DNA of 64,000 bases, taken from contig QPMI01000005.1 in assembly GCA_004431415.1 (NCBI GenBank), positions 806,001-870,000 of the forward strand, written 5' to 3'. Positions 1 to 13,122 of the stretch are shown piece after piece. Both the position numbers and the translations under genes were made by a program. This DNA comes from Cyanophora paradoxa CCMP329 (Eukaryota > Plantae > Glaucophyta). How positions within the stretch are numbered: the stretch's first letter is position 1; each line of letters starts with the position of its first letter. The notes under the pieces were generated by a model. The model had not been told where the DNA came from. It saw only the letters and a list, made by a program, of their open reading frames with translations, and did no database searches.

Positions 1-3000
1 TATTAAGCGCCTGCAGTAAGGAAAGCCGCGGCCTCGGGATCGTCGCAGAGGCCTAGGGCTCCGCCCTCGAGCTCGGCCGCCGCCTCCGCCTCGAACTCAT
101 CCGCATCCGCGAGCTCGATCTCGATCTCGCGCGCGTCGTCCTCGACCTGGATTGCCATGGCCAGCTCGCACTCGTCAATCTGCGCATGCGCATCCCCATG
201 CCAGCCCTTGGTAAGAGGATACGTGAACGCCAATACGTATACAAAGATAAGATTTAGAGAGCTCAAGGCTCGATAAAGATCAAATGTGCACGAATTCACA
301 CAAGCTTGAGCACCTGCAGAAGCTCGGAGTCGAGCTCAGTAGCTGCCAGTGGCTTGGAAGCCATGGCCGCGCGCACATGCGTGGGCAAGACAGCGCCTGT
401 AAGAGATGCATGTGTGAGGAAGACTTGAACCCATGTATATACGTATTTGCATGTAAACTGGCCCATGACTCACCGATGACTTCTAGCTCGCCAAAGTTTA
501 AAACTCCGCCGCCGGGTTTCTCGATCCGGACCTTGTCTCCTGAGCGAATTCAAAGTTTGACCAGGGGACCAGCTGCAGCGTCAGAAACGTTTGTGTTTGT
601 TTAAGGCCCGCCGCTGAAGCTCACCGTAAGCGACCCTCACACCGAGGGGAGACTGGGGTACGTGCTTGAACAGGTTCTTGTAGGCGCCATTGGTCCAGAA
701 GCCCCAGGGCTTGTCGAGGGCAGCCGTCGTGAAATCGGGCTTGATCAGCCCCGAATCGTACACCTGCCCATGAAAGTGAGCGCAGGTCGACATTTCCATC
801 AGAATTGCTAGAGGCAATATGAAGCTAGCGCAGAGGCAATGATGATGATATCTTGATTTCGCATTCATATTAGCGCCCATATTTCGCATTCATATTAGCG
901 CACACCTAGATCTACATCTATGTATATATTTGTATCTCTTGATTTGCAGTTGATCCGGAATATTAATCCGCAGGGCCATAAGCACAGCGTTATAGGCTTT
1001 ATCGAGCCGGATGCGTGTACTACGGTACGTGTACGTGCCACTGCCCCGTCGTTGAACACAATGATCTTGAAGTCGTTGAGGCGTGTGCTGTAACCGTCAG
1101 TGCGCTGCACGTGAAAGACGGGTACATCGATCGTCAGGCGTCATTCAGATCCGGATTTTATATTTCGCAATCGTTAGCGCACATTGTAGATGTGGATCTC
1201 CTCGATTAGACAGTCCTTCTGCGAGCCAAGTAGTGTAATTATCTCAATCATAAAATCTTTCATGGTTAAATAAGGATTATAATCGAATGCGTGATCACGA
1301 TAACAGATCTAGACGACGCGCACCTGAAGGTTTACTTCGAGCCAGGTGTTAGAGGCGTCGTTACCGCTGTGGAAGGTGTTGTAGACCTTGCTCCCCGCCA
1401 AAACCCCGTAGTAGTCGCCGTGTAGCCCTTGTCCGTCTGAATTTAATTTCCGAGTGCGAGGATCATGATCAGACGGAGCGTCATGCACGTGTACATGTCT
1501 ATTTTCAAGGCCCTTATCTACCTGTAGCCATGTTTGCGTTGCTCTGTGTTGCAGAATCTATATCCGCGCGCGCGTACGTGCGCATTCGAAGTGAATTCGA
1601 ATTCGAAAAAAAAGAAAGCAAGACAACTAGTACTGATGATATGCATGATCATTAACTCGAATACGAATACGCACAGACGCTGGAAGAGGTGCATTGCTTC
1701 CCCCGTGCAAGGTTGACGCGCTCTGCGCGCGTGCGAATCAAGGGCGCCCGGCGGCGCTCGCCTGGCCATGCATATGGTTAGAGCTGCAGCTTCGGACGTG
1801 GCCGCACCGGAGCCAGCCACTCGCAATTCCGTCATCTGAAGGACCGTCTTCCCTGCGCGCCCGACCGTCAAGCAAACTCTCCGCAGGATTAATATTGTTT
1901 TCTAGCTATATATACGTCTACTGCGTGCGTGTGCGGCAGCTCACCGTCGCCGCCATATCCGGAGTTGTTGGCAATTAGTCTAACCTCGTCTCCTGTGATC
2001 ATAAACGCGCACGAATACGTTGGCAGGTACGCGACCACACGTACGCGTGCAAATGCACGCCATGAATCACGATCGCATGATTAGTATAATATTAATCGGC
2101 GTAACTATTCACGAGACTAGCCAAAAGATCGACCGCATGTGCACCTTCGGCGAACGCGCGGCTTCTTCCCTCGTAGAGATCCCGGATATCGTTTTCGAAA
2201 ACCCACGGCATTTGCTTCCAAGAGTACGCGTTGATGTAACCGGTGCTCAGGTTGGGGCTCGCCAGGCCCACGTTGTCTTGTCTCACCTGCGTAGGGATTG
2301 AGGGATTTAATTTCCGAACATGCAAGAAAGTTGAGATCGAATCCAACCGACATCGCTGCGCACCACATGACCGTCGTCCAGAATCTGAAGCTGGAAGTTC
2401 CTGAGATTCGCTGCCGGTCTCTCATAGTGAGCGTCACGATCAGGAGCAATGGCGCTTCTAGATCTGCCACCCCGGCCCGGCCTGGCCATGGCCAGGAATT
2501 TTCGAACCCATGAAAGATAGGCGTCTAGAAAATATCGCCAGCTCATTCAATGATTAATCAAGCACACGCACACGGAGTATAAGGCATGTGCAGCTGAATC
2601 TCGGAAATGAGGTAGTTTTTCTGCGTATGGAGATATGCATATGGTCGTGCACGTGGAGCTCGTTCGGGCTCGAGCCGGCGCCGGCGCCGGCGCACCTGCA
2701 AGTCCACCGAAACATACAAGGAGTTTGTGGAGCTCGAGGGGCCCTCGACGTGCAGGAAATCGCTGCTCCCGTCGAGCTTGCCGTCTGCGCAATATTTAAA
2801 ATCAGCGCAAGGAACAGCTGCAAAGCTCTTGGCCTCACCGGTCAGGCACTCGGGCCCCTTAGCCATGTAAGAGTTCTGGATAGTCATCGACGATTTGACC
2901 GGCTTCCCATGGGCAATGTTATCGATGTCCTGCACTGAGACGCGGCACCAAGATCATGATCAGCCCGCGATTGCGATCGGCTTCACAATTTCGGTGTGTA

Positions 3001-4400
3001 TATATATTTGTCAAGCCTTAAGCTTGAAGTTTTCAACGCACTGTAGGCCTTCACTTCCGTGAGCCGGACGGGCTCTGCGAGGACGGCGGCGGCCGCGATC
3101 GCGAGATCGGTCACGATCAAGTGTGCATGAATACGTTCGAGATCGAATCGGTTGTGATATGTTCGTGATCGATATCGTAATATATTTCATCGACGCACGG
3201 GTGGAATCTCCTGACCAGACCTCAATCTTATCCACGGCTGCGAATGCGACGCGAGTGTACGTTATATTTAAATTTATGACTTACGCAGCTAAACTTGCTA
3301 GATATAGATGCATAGAGGCCCGCCCGCCCCGGCCCAGCTCACCGGCCGCTCCCGGGATGTCTTGTTTGCAGAACACTTGCTTCAGAAGAGTTCCGGACTC
3401 GGAGCTCCCGGTTGTGCCAGCGGAATTTACGCTGCATCCAAGTAACGAAGCTTGAGCGACCTGAAGGGCAGCACACGCCGTTTGAAAATCGAGAAGCACG
3501 TTTATAAATATTCCTGCAGCTGGAAAGATCTAACTCAGTGACTGGAGAGGCGCACGCTTTTGCCGTCGTTGCTGATCTTCATAGTCAAGGGACTCACAGA
3601 GCCCGGCTCGTCAATCTGCAATATGTATACGTATATCGACGCGGACATCGCGTTCACCGCGGGAGCAGTGAGGCGGATATATACACTATATATAGCTATA
3701 TATAGTTGTGATTTTGCGATCAGTTGGACGCAATTGGTCCAGATCCCGAATTCAAATCCGATGAAAAAAGGCGACGCACGGTGTAGATCTCGACTTTTTC
3801 GACTTTATAATCGCTCTGGCCCCATCGATCGCGGTTAGTACTATGCCTAGTATTAGTCGTTGTGTGTTTACAAGGTTTTACCTTGAGGTCGATATCTAGT
3901 TTGGGCGCAGGATCATCACTGCCGGACTTGCTCTTGAAATAGAGTGCCGTTCTCCCGCTAGAAGTCGCGGGGTCAAACGCCAATGACGCCTCCAGCGTGT
4001 TATCTGGCACACAGCGCAATGTTCGCTTGCAAGTGGCAGCGCAAACCCGCGCACACATGCTAGGCGTGATCATGATACGTAATATGCGCACTAACGGCGA
4101 GGTCGGGCGACCAGATGTAAGTTTGCGAGCTGTTGCTTCCATTGACGGTCCGATTAACAATTTCATCGTCCCTCGTCGATGACGCGGACGCGTCTCGGTA
4201 CGCTGCGACGTTGACCCAAGAGGTCGGGAAGTCGAATCTGTGTACGTACCAGAACAGTAGCGCTCGGGTTAGCGTTTAGCGGCTTCAACAAGGATGGGGT
4301 TGGCCATGGGTCCGCTCACGTCGCCTTGTACGGGCTTTTGGGGGCGATGCTCATCGCGCAAATTGCGGTACGAATCCAATAGCACGCTGCGCATGCACAT
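1..4400 (-). pseudogene. Multi-exon gene, probably disrupted, with two F-type lectin / F5-8 type C-like domains; continues beyond window start
   Basis: Minus-strand exon-like blocks: NIAHGKPVKSS...CADGKLDGSSDFLHVEG...VSVDLQ|gt (2935-2697); LRNFQLQILDDG (~2410-2370); GDYYGVLAGSKVYNTFHSGNDASNTWLEVNLQ|gt (~1435-1324); RTDGYSTRLNDFKIIV (~1105-1058). These follow the N-x-A-x-G-K / DG / H / VDL / R-x-D..RL..F-x-I pattern of FTP/F5-8 domains. Apparent frameshifts (e.g. ~4275) and footprint-filled introns. Exon structure not fully resolved. Confidence 0.42.
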
Positions 4401-4449
4401 CTCATCAAACTGCATGCTCGTCTATATATTCTCTTAATCATGAGGCGAT

Positions 4450-6036
4450 GATTATAAGACAGGCCCCCGGCTGCATGCGGTTGGTAATTATATAAATATA
4501 TTATATAAATAGCCGCCGAGCTCGAGGCGCGGCGGACACATAATCGCGATCGATGCGATGCACCAGCATCGCTGCGAATATGCCGGGCGGGTGTGCACTG
4601 CTTTGCAGCCGACGCTTAAGGTTTGGCGCCGGCCCGGCGGCAGTCGACGGCCGCAGTGCTCTAGATCTAATGCCAGCCGCATGACGCGGCGACATACCGG
4701 CGAATTCGCCGGGCAGCTGCAGGCTTTAACTCTAGATCTTCAGCTCGGCGTGTATATGCGTCGGAATTCGAAGTTTCGACGAACCTTACGTATAGTATAA
4801 ACGTATCCCTGTACGTAGCCTAGTCAGGAAAAGGAATGAACGCCCGCTGCCGGCCGCTCACCCCGCTCGATCGCGAGCGCTGCTGCAATTGCAACCGAGC
4901 CTCGGAGTCGCCGAGTCGAGCTCTCAATTGCAAGTTCAGAGTCTCACCAACGTAGCTCTTGCAATTGCAATCCGATGATCGCAACTTTTCGCAAGTCACT
5001 AAGTGTGCGCTCTTCGCGATCGATTTCAAGCTGATGGCTGCGCCGCTGCGCGTATACGGGACCTATTACCGGTACGTACTACGTATACGTATACGTATTC
5101 GTATACGTACAATGTGACACTGTGACAGCATGCGCAGTGCGCACACGTCTCCGAGGCTCGTACCGTGGCAACCGTGCTAGTAGACTCAGGGCCTGTCTAA
5201 GGCTACAACTTGCCAGCCTGGCAGGTCTTGCATACAACTAGGCTACAAGTAGTACTAGTACGTCCGGGGCCACGGCCCACAGGCTCCACAGAGTCCACAC
5301 TGAGTCCACAGCCGCAGCTGAGCCGCTGAGGACCTGATGACTCAGTGATGAGCCGGCTGGCTCGAGGGCCGTCGAGGCTCGACGCCCGGCGGCCGCTCGA
5401 GCTCAGCCAGAGTCAGCCTGTAGGCTGCAGGGCCAGTGCAGGCCGGCTCAGCCTGGCGCCCCGCCGGCTGAGCAAACTTTGAAATGCGATCGGAGCTCTC
5501 GAGAGGCTCCTTGTAGGTCTCCGGGAAGCCGATCGACGTAATCCCGAGTCCGATCGGGGTTCAAAAATACAACTAGTAGTCTAGTACTAGTACGCAGAAC
5601 CGTTTTTTTGTAAATTACGCTAATTACGCGTTAAATTACGCGACGTACGTCGACAATTTAATATTCAGTGCTAGCTGTAATTATTTTTGCTCTTTCTCCT
5701 TATTAGCCGACTTTACAGTGATCATGAGTCTACACTGAGTCTAGGTAAAGGCCCTGGCCCCTGAGGGCCTGAGGCACGGAGCCGCACGGTACATCCATTT
5801 AATTTGTTTAATCAGGCGAGGTCATTTTTTATTTGTTCTTTTAAAACAAATTAGACTCGAAAATCGGACCAGACTCGCGAGTTGCAGAGGTACTAGTACA
5901 ATGGTACCGTACTGTAACCGTGTGGGCCATACATATACCAGTATATGATTCGGGCCGCCACGTGCACTCCACGTAGTACGTCGATCGGCGAACTTCGGAA
6001 TCCACCGGTACCGCGATCGATGAATATGGAACTTCG
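4450..6036. repeat. Tract saturated with nested X-[C]-X'-[G]-X micro-palindromes
   Basis: ACA-C-TGT-G-ACA 5117-5127, TGA-C-TCA-G-TGA 5338-5348, CTC-C-GAG-G-CTC ~5149, CAG-C-CTG-G-CAG ~5213, GAG-C-CTC-G-GAG ~4897, and (TAC GTA)n runs at 5070-5110. Confidence 0.85.
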
Positions 6037-6051
6037 AATTCCGTGCTGATA

Positions 6052-9000
6052 TTTTTTTTTTTGGTGAATTACCGGCCACAGTCTCTAGACACCAGCACTG
6101 CGGGGGCTGCCCAGGGGGCATAAAGACAAAAAAGCAAAATAACTAAGACAAGAGCACGAAGAAAGATAAGACAAAGAGCCAAAATCGACAATAAAAAAGG
6201 AAAGACACAGAGCTCGAAACAGATCGATAGCGAGAAGAGACGATAAATCGAGCAGATCTAGGGACAGAGGAGAACTGACACGAAGAAGAGCCAGAGCTAG
6301 AGATACCATCAATATCAGAAGGAATTACATCACTAAGAAGCGGGGGACAAAATTGAGAAAGATAAATAACAGGAAGAAGACAAGTAAGAGGAACAACAAG
6401 ACGACATGGAGGCGGAGGCGAAGCAGGACGATGCGAAAGGGCAGAGCTACGGCACGAGGTCGAGGAGGACACAGGAGGCGGAGCAGGCGGATCAAGAGCA
6501 GGCAAAAGGACAGTCAAAGGAATCACTAAAGCCGGCCGGGGTCGAGGCGGGCAATCGAACTGCAAACGACGGCGAACAACAGGTCGAGCACGAGGACTAT
6601 AGCTAGTATTGAAACTAACTCTAGCATCAACACTACGATCAGAATCCGAACCAGACCGAACTAAACTAGAAGACGAAGAAGTACGCCGGCGCCGGCGGGA
6701 TACGATCGCGACCATCGAAGCAGAAGACGAAGGCAAAAGCGGCAGTCCGGTATCAAGAACAAAGGCCGGAGGGTCCGGCCCGGCAAACCGCCGGAGGGAA
6801 GTAGAAGGAGCCGCAGGCTCGGCAAGCCGGCGACGGGTACGTCCTCGAGTCCGGGAGGAGATCGGGGAAGCCGGTCCCGGAGCTGAGGGCCCAGGAGCAG
6901 AGCCAGGAGAAGGTAAGCCCGGCGAGAAATCTGACCCGGAGCCGGAACCCAGCGAACGACGACGACGAAAAGGCCCCCGAGGAGCCACGACGGGGGAGCT
7001 ACCGAGCAAAGTACTGACAGCCGGCGCCGAACACGGCGGCGGAGGTACCCCACAGACAGTGGCAGGCGGAGAGTCCAGGATCGATCGAGAGATCCGCCGA
7101 CGGGAATGCGGCGGGGGCCGACGAGACGGAAGAGGCGAGGAGGGAGCCGAGAAAGGGTCGGAGGCAGGGGAAGGGCCGCGAGCAGGTGACGGGGATCGCT
7201 GCCGGCGCCGAAGAGACGGCAGCGAAGCAGGAGAAAGGTCGGGTGGCGCCGGATCAGATGACACGGAGGTCATGGCCATGGGCGGCGCAGAGAGAGACGA
7301 GCTCGAGGGCGCAAGGGCCCGACGAGGGCGCCGGCGGCGAATCTCACGAGCGCCAGGAAGCGGGAGAGGACCCGCAGATGGGACCCGAGGCGCCGAAGGG
7401 GGAGCAGGGAGCCGGAATGACGGGGAGACCGAAAAGAGGACAGTCTCGCCAACACTCGGAAGCGGGGCAGAGGCTGAGGACCCGGAGCTCGAGGGGGGGA
7501 GGGAGGGCGGAGGAGGAGAGAGAAGGCGGCTATTCGAAGGGTATGGAGAATCGAGAGCGGAGGCGAGGGAGGCCGAAGTGATGGCGAGCTCTGGAGGCGA
7601 GGGGGCCTGCAAGCGGATCCGGGAAAGTGGATGCAGACGCAAAGAGACCGGGGACGTAGAGGCGGGAGGGGCATGCAAAAAGATAGTGCCGCCCAGCGTC
7701 ACAGTTGCAGAAGCGGGGGCAAGAAGGATGGGCTGAAGAGGGGGCTGAACCAGGAGGACGTCAGAAAGAGGGCCTCGCAGGGGCGGAAGTGGAGGAGCAA
7801 GGGGAAGAGGTAAGAAGGGGTATGGAGCTGCAAGATGACCAGGGACCTGCCGGGGAACAGGCAAGTGAAGAGGCCCCGTGACAGCAAGTTGTAAGGAGGG
7901 AGGAGGCAGAGGCGGGGCCAGAGGGCCAAGGAGCACAGGGATCGGGACCGCAGGGAATGGGGGGAAAGGAGCGTCGAGAGGGGCAGCGAGAGCAGGAAGA
8001 GGAATGGGCCCAAGGGTCACTACAGGGGCCAGAGCAGGAGGGGACGGCGCAGGAGGCGGGCGACCACCAGGGATCCCCAACGGGACATTCCCACGAACGG
8101 CAAACTCCGCAGGTTTCCGGAGGACAGAATCGATGTCACGCGAAGAGACGAGGTTGTCAGCACCGCCCGAAGAAGGAGCGCCGGACGAGTCAGAATCAGA
8201 GCTTGAACTAGAACGATGAGAACCGGCACCAGACTCTGAATCATGTGCGTCATCATCCGAGGCAGCCTGATCATCAGCGTCAGCAGCAGCCAAGCGAGCG
8301 CGCCGCTCCTCCAACAAGGCCGAAGCCTGCGGAAGGGTGAACTCGAGGTACGACATATTTCTGTCCCAGGCGGCAACAAGCGCGGCGCGGTTGTAAGCAG
8401 GTGCATCAATGTCAGCCTCCTCAAGATCGCACCGAGCGCGAGCAACCTGTTGGATGGAAAATACGCCAGCAAGGATCGCTCCAAGTGATCGAAGGCAGAA
8501 GGCGGGGTTAACTTTACTGCGTAAAATGGGCCCAGATAAATCCGGAACCGAGAGGATGTGGAAGAGAGAGAGGTCAGGCACTGCGACCTCTTCACGCTCA
8601 TCCGGTGGAAGAGTAGAAGCCCAGAAATTCAGGCGCTCACGAATGAAATCCCAGAACGAACGAGAAAGCGGGCACTCAGAGAAAACGTGCGCGTGAGAGC
8701 GAGCAGATCCGTCATTACAAACCCGACAGAAACGACGGCGGGGCGACTGTTGCTCGCCCAAACGATACAATTTGAATTGCAAACGGTAAAGAGCATCGAT
8801 CCAAAGCATCGGAAAACACTGAAGGACGACAAGATTAGGAAGACGGGACGGAGACAAGGCGCCGGGAAACCCCCACTTAGCATCGGGCATCTGAGCGTGG
8901 CTAGACACATCGCGAAGCCGCTGGACCTCAAGGCAGTAGAAGCGTCGAACAGAGGAGAGGCGGAGAGGGAGCATACGAGCGAAAGTGAACGCAAGATTAT

Positions 9001-10276
9001 CAAGAGAAAGAAAGGCCGAAGGACCTGCGCCAAGAACAAAAAGGCCAGGCAGGGTCCCGCGACGAAGAGAGAGGAAGACAGCGCTGAAGCAAACATGCAG
9101 CGGGAGCAAACGGGACAGAATTGAATTGGAGCTCGAGGATAGGCCCACAGGGTGGGAAGCCGCAGGGCGGCAAGGAACGCGCGGTACGTAGTCCAGCACC
9201 CGTGGAATTATCTGGTTATCGCGAACGGGGAAGGCAACAAAAGTACCACTTGGGCCTCGAAGGAGAGCAAACGAGGCGTCCGGTCCGGACCACCAGAGAT
9301 GCTGAGGCGGCGGTGCAGGGGCCTCGAGAACCTGGCGCCAAGTAGCCGGGAGCGCAGAGCACAGACTAGGGAAAAAGGAGTGGAGGGCGGAGGAGGCAGC
9401 TGCTGGAGCCCGGAACCCCCGGGCAGCACAATCCCAGATATCGCAGACCCGCAGCAAGCCGGACCGTGCACAGCGACTCCAGTCGACCTCGTCGCCGGGA
9501 GTTCTGAACAGAGGATTGAAGAAAAGAGGTTGGGATAACACTTCGGGAGAGTTACGAGGTTGACATACGCCCTGGCGCTGAGCCCACTCGGAGAGAGTCT
9601 GCTTCCAAATAGGAGGCAAGTCAAGTCTGTCAAGTGGGAGGCGGAGCGAGACAAGGCGGGGCCATAGGAAAAAGGTGCCAGCTGAGCGTCCAGTTTGCTC
9701 AAGAGGTACTCCTTCCAAGGAGCCGAACAAGAGGGTCAGCGAGCAAGGCCACCCACTTCATTTTCAGCGATAACGAAAAAGCTCGAATATCCGGGCAGTT
9801 GAGACCACCTTGACGCCACGGCAGAGGAGAAATATACTTCGAAAGCTGCCCGCTCACGCCAGCAAAAGCGCGAAGCTTCTCTTGCCATGTCGAATACTGA
9901 GCATCAGGGGGATCAAGCAAATATAGAGCATAATGTAGGGACCCAATAAATACAGCCCAGGCAAGGAGAACGCCGGAACGCATCGGCATGCGATAAGTCT
10001 TCGCTTGCTGGACACGGATATCAAGAGCAGCGTTCTTTTTCCGCCAGAACCGAGACAGATCGGGCTCTAGTGGAAAGCCCAGGTATTTTCGAATTTTTTC
10101 AGCGGGAGGGAGATCCGTCACCTGAAGACGCCGCCAGGGGCAGTCCTCGGCGCTAGGCCAGGCATGTGCGGGGATATCGCGGAGTGGAAGAAGGCTAGAT
10201 TTCTCGAGATTAATAAGCGCTCCAGAGAGCCGGCAGTATTTATCAAAGCACTCTTTCCAGAAAGGCAATTCGGTAA
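6052..10276 (-). mobile_element. 5'-truncated non-LTR retrotransposon (L1/Tx1-like LINE)
   Basis: T11 tract at 6052-6062 is the poly(A) tail on the minus strand. Exact 15-bp TSD AATTCCGTGCTGATA at 6037-6051 and 10277-10291. RT C-terminal motifs and a CCHC zinc knuckle are encoded inside. Confidence 0.93.
6143..10268 (-). pseudogene. LINE ORF2 remnant: RT C-terminal/thumb region, zf-RVT and a long Pro/Ser-rich tail
   Basis: GALINLEKS, KYLGFPL, GGLNCPDI..KMKW (9699-10268). Continues via PWKEYLL in a second frame, then LPPIWKQ..PLFFNPLF and CRVC-x8-HVFSECP (6143-9730). About two frameshifts near 9630-9730. Confidence 0.85.
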
Positions 10277-10434
10277 AATTCCGTGCTGATAATACTAGAA
10301 TAGTCTTATATCATAGTATATATCCTCTTCCCGGGAGTCCGACGGTCCGAACAATTTCCGAAGTCCGTCTTACTTCAGGGCCAAGTTCATTCTTTCATGG
10401 TTCGAAAAATTCCCGAGTCGACGTCCTGAGTATC

Positions 10435-10790
10435 GATATCTTTCTCACTTCTGTCCTTCGTCGATTTCGTCTGCTGTCACAGGCTGTCGTCAGCTTTTTC
10501 GTGCATGTGTCACAGTGTCTCTCCCCCTATTAAGTAATAAGCTTCAAGGGGCCTCTTGTCTATTCGTTTTAGTTTGGCTCTTCGTCTTGTCTTTCTTCGT
10601 GCCGCGCTCTTGTGACGAGTCTTGTCCTAGTTACTAGTATTTAAATTTTGCTTTTGCTGTATCGATCAGTATCGCCGAGTCGATAACTGTGCCCCCTGGA
10701 CAGCCCCCCCAGTACTAGTGCTGGTCTCTACGTAGTCTAGACTCTAAATTTAGACTGTCGGCTGCCGGCTATTCGAATTCTAATTTATAA
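10435..10790 (+). mobile_element. Old, degenerate copy of the LINE 3' end in opposite orientation, invaded by micro-palindromic insertions
   Basis: Aligns to the reverse complement of ~6060-6370 (tttggctct..gtct..tctttcttcgtg, tgccccctgg.cagccccc.cagt[actagt]gctggt, agactgt..gccgg..attc). Confidence 0.75.
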
Positions 10791-12748
10791 AAGGGCCACT
10801 GACTTGCCGCGCGCGTCAGTTGGGTCCGGGGAAGGGCATGTAACCGCGGCGTATCCGAAGATCTAGATGCAGAGAGCAGGGACTTAAGCATAAGCTTAAG
10901 CTTAAGAAGGCGCACGGTGCACGTGGGCGGGCGAGCCGGCCGCGGACCGGCTCCGAGGCTGGCCATGCCAGGCGAGCTGTCCTCGCGATCGAGGCGAGCT
11001 GTCCTCTAGAGGTAGGTAGGCCTCAGGGCCTAGCTATATAGTGCGCGGGCCCCGGGGGCGGGGGATGGCTTGCAGATTGAACCTTGTATGGACGTGCTCG
11101 ACCTTCTGCGCATGCCCCGCGCGCGGTCGTCGCGCGCGTGAGGCGTGGCGGGTGCACGAGTGCGCATGTGCTGCGGGTGCGTCACGGCGTGGCGCGGAGG
11201 CGCGCGGCGCCTAGGCCTAGGCCTAGGGCCGGGGCTGGCGCGGCCTAGGCCTCCGCGCGCGCGATCTGGGCGCGGGCGCGGGGACGCTGCTCAAGCTCAC
11301 ACTCCGCTCAGAAAGCGGCCGGAGGCCTAGGGTCCGTAAGGGCGCTTGCGCAGCGGGCCAGCTCATGATCAGCGGCTGCAGCAAGCATATGCATGCGCAT
11401 CGCGCGCGCGGGGGGGGGGGGGGGGGGGGTCTGCGTCGCGCGCGCGCGGGCTCTCCGTCGCGCGGCGCGCGCGCCGCGCGGGCGTCGGCTCGTTGCAAGT
11501 GGCATAGCCGGCCAAGTGCGGCCGGCTTGCGGCCGTCTTGTGCAATTGCGTCGGGGCGTGCGCGGTTGGCGCGGCTAGCCGCTGAGCCACAGCAAACTGC
11601 CGCGCGCGCGAGAGGCGTAACCATTGTTGAGCCGAGCCGAGCTGAGGCGCCCGGGGGAGAAATCGGCTGGGGGGGACCGTAAAAAGACTTTTGCAGGGTA
11701 AGTTAACGCACTCTCCAATTTGATTGGCTAGCGCGCGCGGCATCCTCCCACGCGACCGCGTTCGCGCCCGGCCTCGCTCTTGCAGTACGGAGTGTCGCGC
11801 GTGATGCGCGCAACGACCTCGAACTGGTCTGGCCTGTATATCTGCTCCCTGTGCGTCGCTGGACCCATTTTTGTCCCGGGTGTTGGTGCCTGTTCCTGGA
11901 TCACCCTTTGGTCGGACGGGACCGGGAGACATGGTTTCGGGGTCCCCTGAGGATGCGCTTTCAGGGTGTACCGCGCGGCCCCGGTTTTGCGGAGGTCGGG
12001 GAAATGGGATTTGGGGTAGGGTTGGGCCCAAGGGACAGGGACAGGGGAAGTGTTTTACCCTTCCCCAATAACTAGGTTTTCGACTCGCGCCCGCCCCCTG
12101 CTCGTCTCAGGACTGTGATGCGCAAGATCGAAATGGGGTCTAAATCAAGAAAGACGTGCATCGACACTGTGACAGCGCTAGCATCCACTGGGCCAGTTTA
12201 CGATCGCTGACGCTAGGCGTGGGGCTGGACTGCCAGACTTGAATAGCCCGTAGCAGCTCGCAGTGCAGATCTAGAATTCGAACTGCAGCTGAAATTAAAG
12301 CTCTGCGCGCCGTGCCGCCGCCCGCACTGCGGCAGTCTCCGTCCCGCCCTGCGAGCAGCGCCGCCGCCTTCTGCGCATGCTCGCCCCCGCTCCGCAGCGA
12401 CCGTCGGACCTGCGCACACAGATCATGATCAGTGACTCGGTGACAGAGCCGACGTCGGTGTCAGGCGACGTCGGTGACCCGACGGTGAGCATGCATATGC
12501 ATATGACCAGTACTGCGCATGTGCATGTTGGCCTGCTGGCTGCAGCCCTAATTATAAAGGCGGCAGCCGTGACTGCACCATTGCGCGCGACGGCAGGTGC
12601 GCATGCTGCGGCTGGCGCCGCTGTATAAACTTCGTCGACGTCGCTGCACGCTTCGATTTTTTACTTCGGTTCACGCTCCCCCCCCGGGCCCTCTCCCCCA
12701 GAAAGTTATCGCCCCATATACATTGAGAGAATAAGGAGACGAAGACGA

Positions 12749-12780
<32 letters not shown>

Positions 12781-13122
12781 GTCGTGAGCGACTGAGACCG
12801 ACTCGTGGTCGGTCACTGACGGTCAGCCATGGGCAGCTGCAGCGGGTCCGGTCCGGGTCCCTGATCGCGATCGCGAGATGGGGCCCTCGTCAGGGGTCGG
12901 CCTGCCACCGGTGGCCGGCGGGGCGGCTCTGCAGCTCCGCAACCAGATCCGCCGCGCCCTGCGGGGCCCAAGCAAGCAAGCAACCGAAGCTCAGATGCGG
13001 GAGATTTAGACCGGCCCGCCTGAGAGTAAGCCAAAGTTGGACGGGGTTCGACGTTGAGCTTAAACGTAAGGAGGAGGACAAGAGGTCAAATCCGGGACGG
13101 AGGAATTTAGAAGGGAAGCTTC

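Noticed and set aside
4450-6036. Synthetic polylinker or vector contamination (dense restriction sites)
   Set aside because: The motifs are nested, include non-site forms (X-C-X'-G-X), interrupt native repeats and recur in every spacer.
6609-9124. Plus-strand ORFs of 375 aa, 188 aa etc.
   Set aside because: Antisense shadows of the GC-rich LINE ORF with no domain signal.
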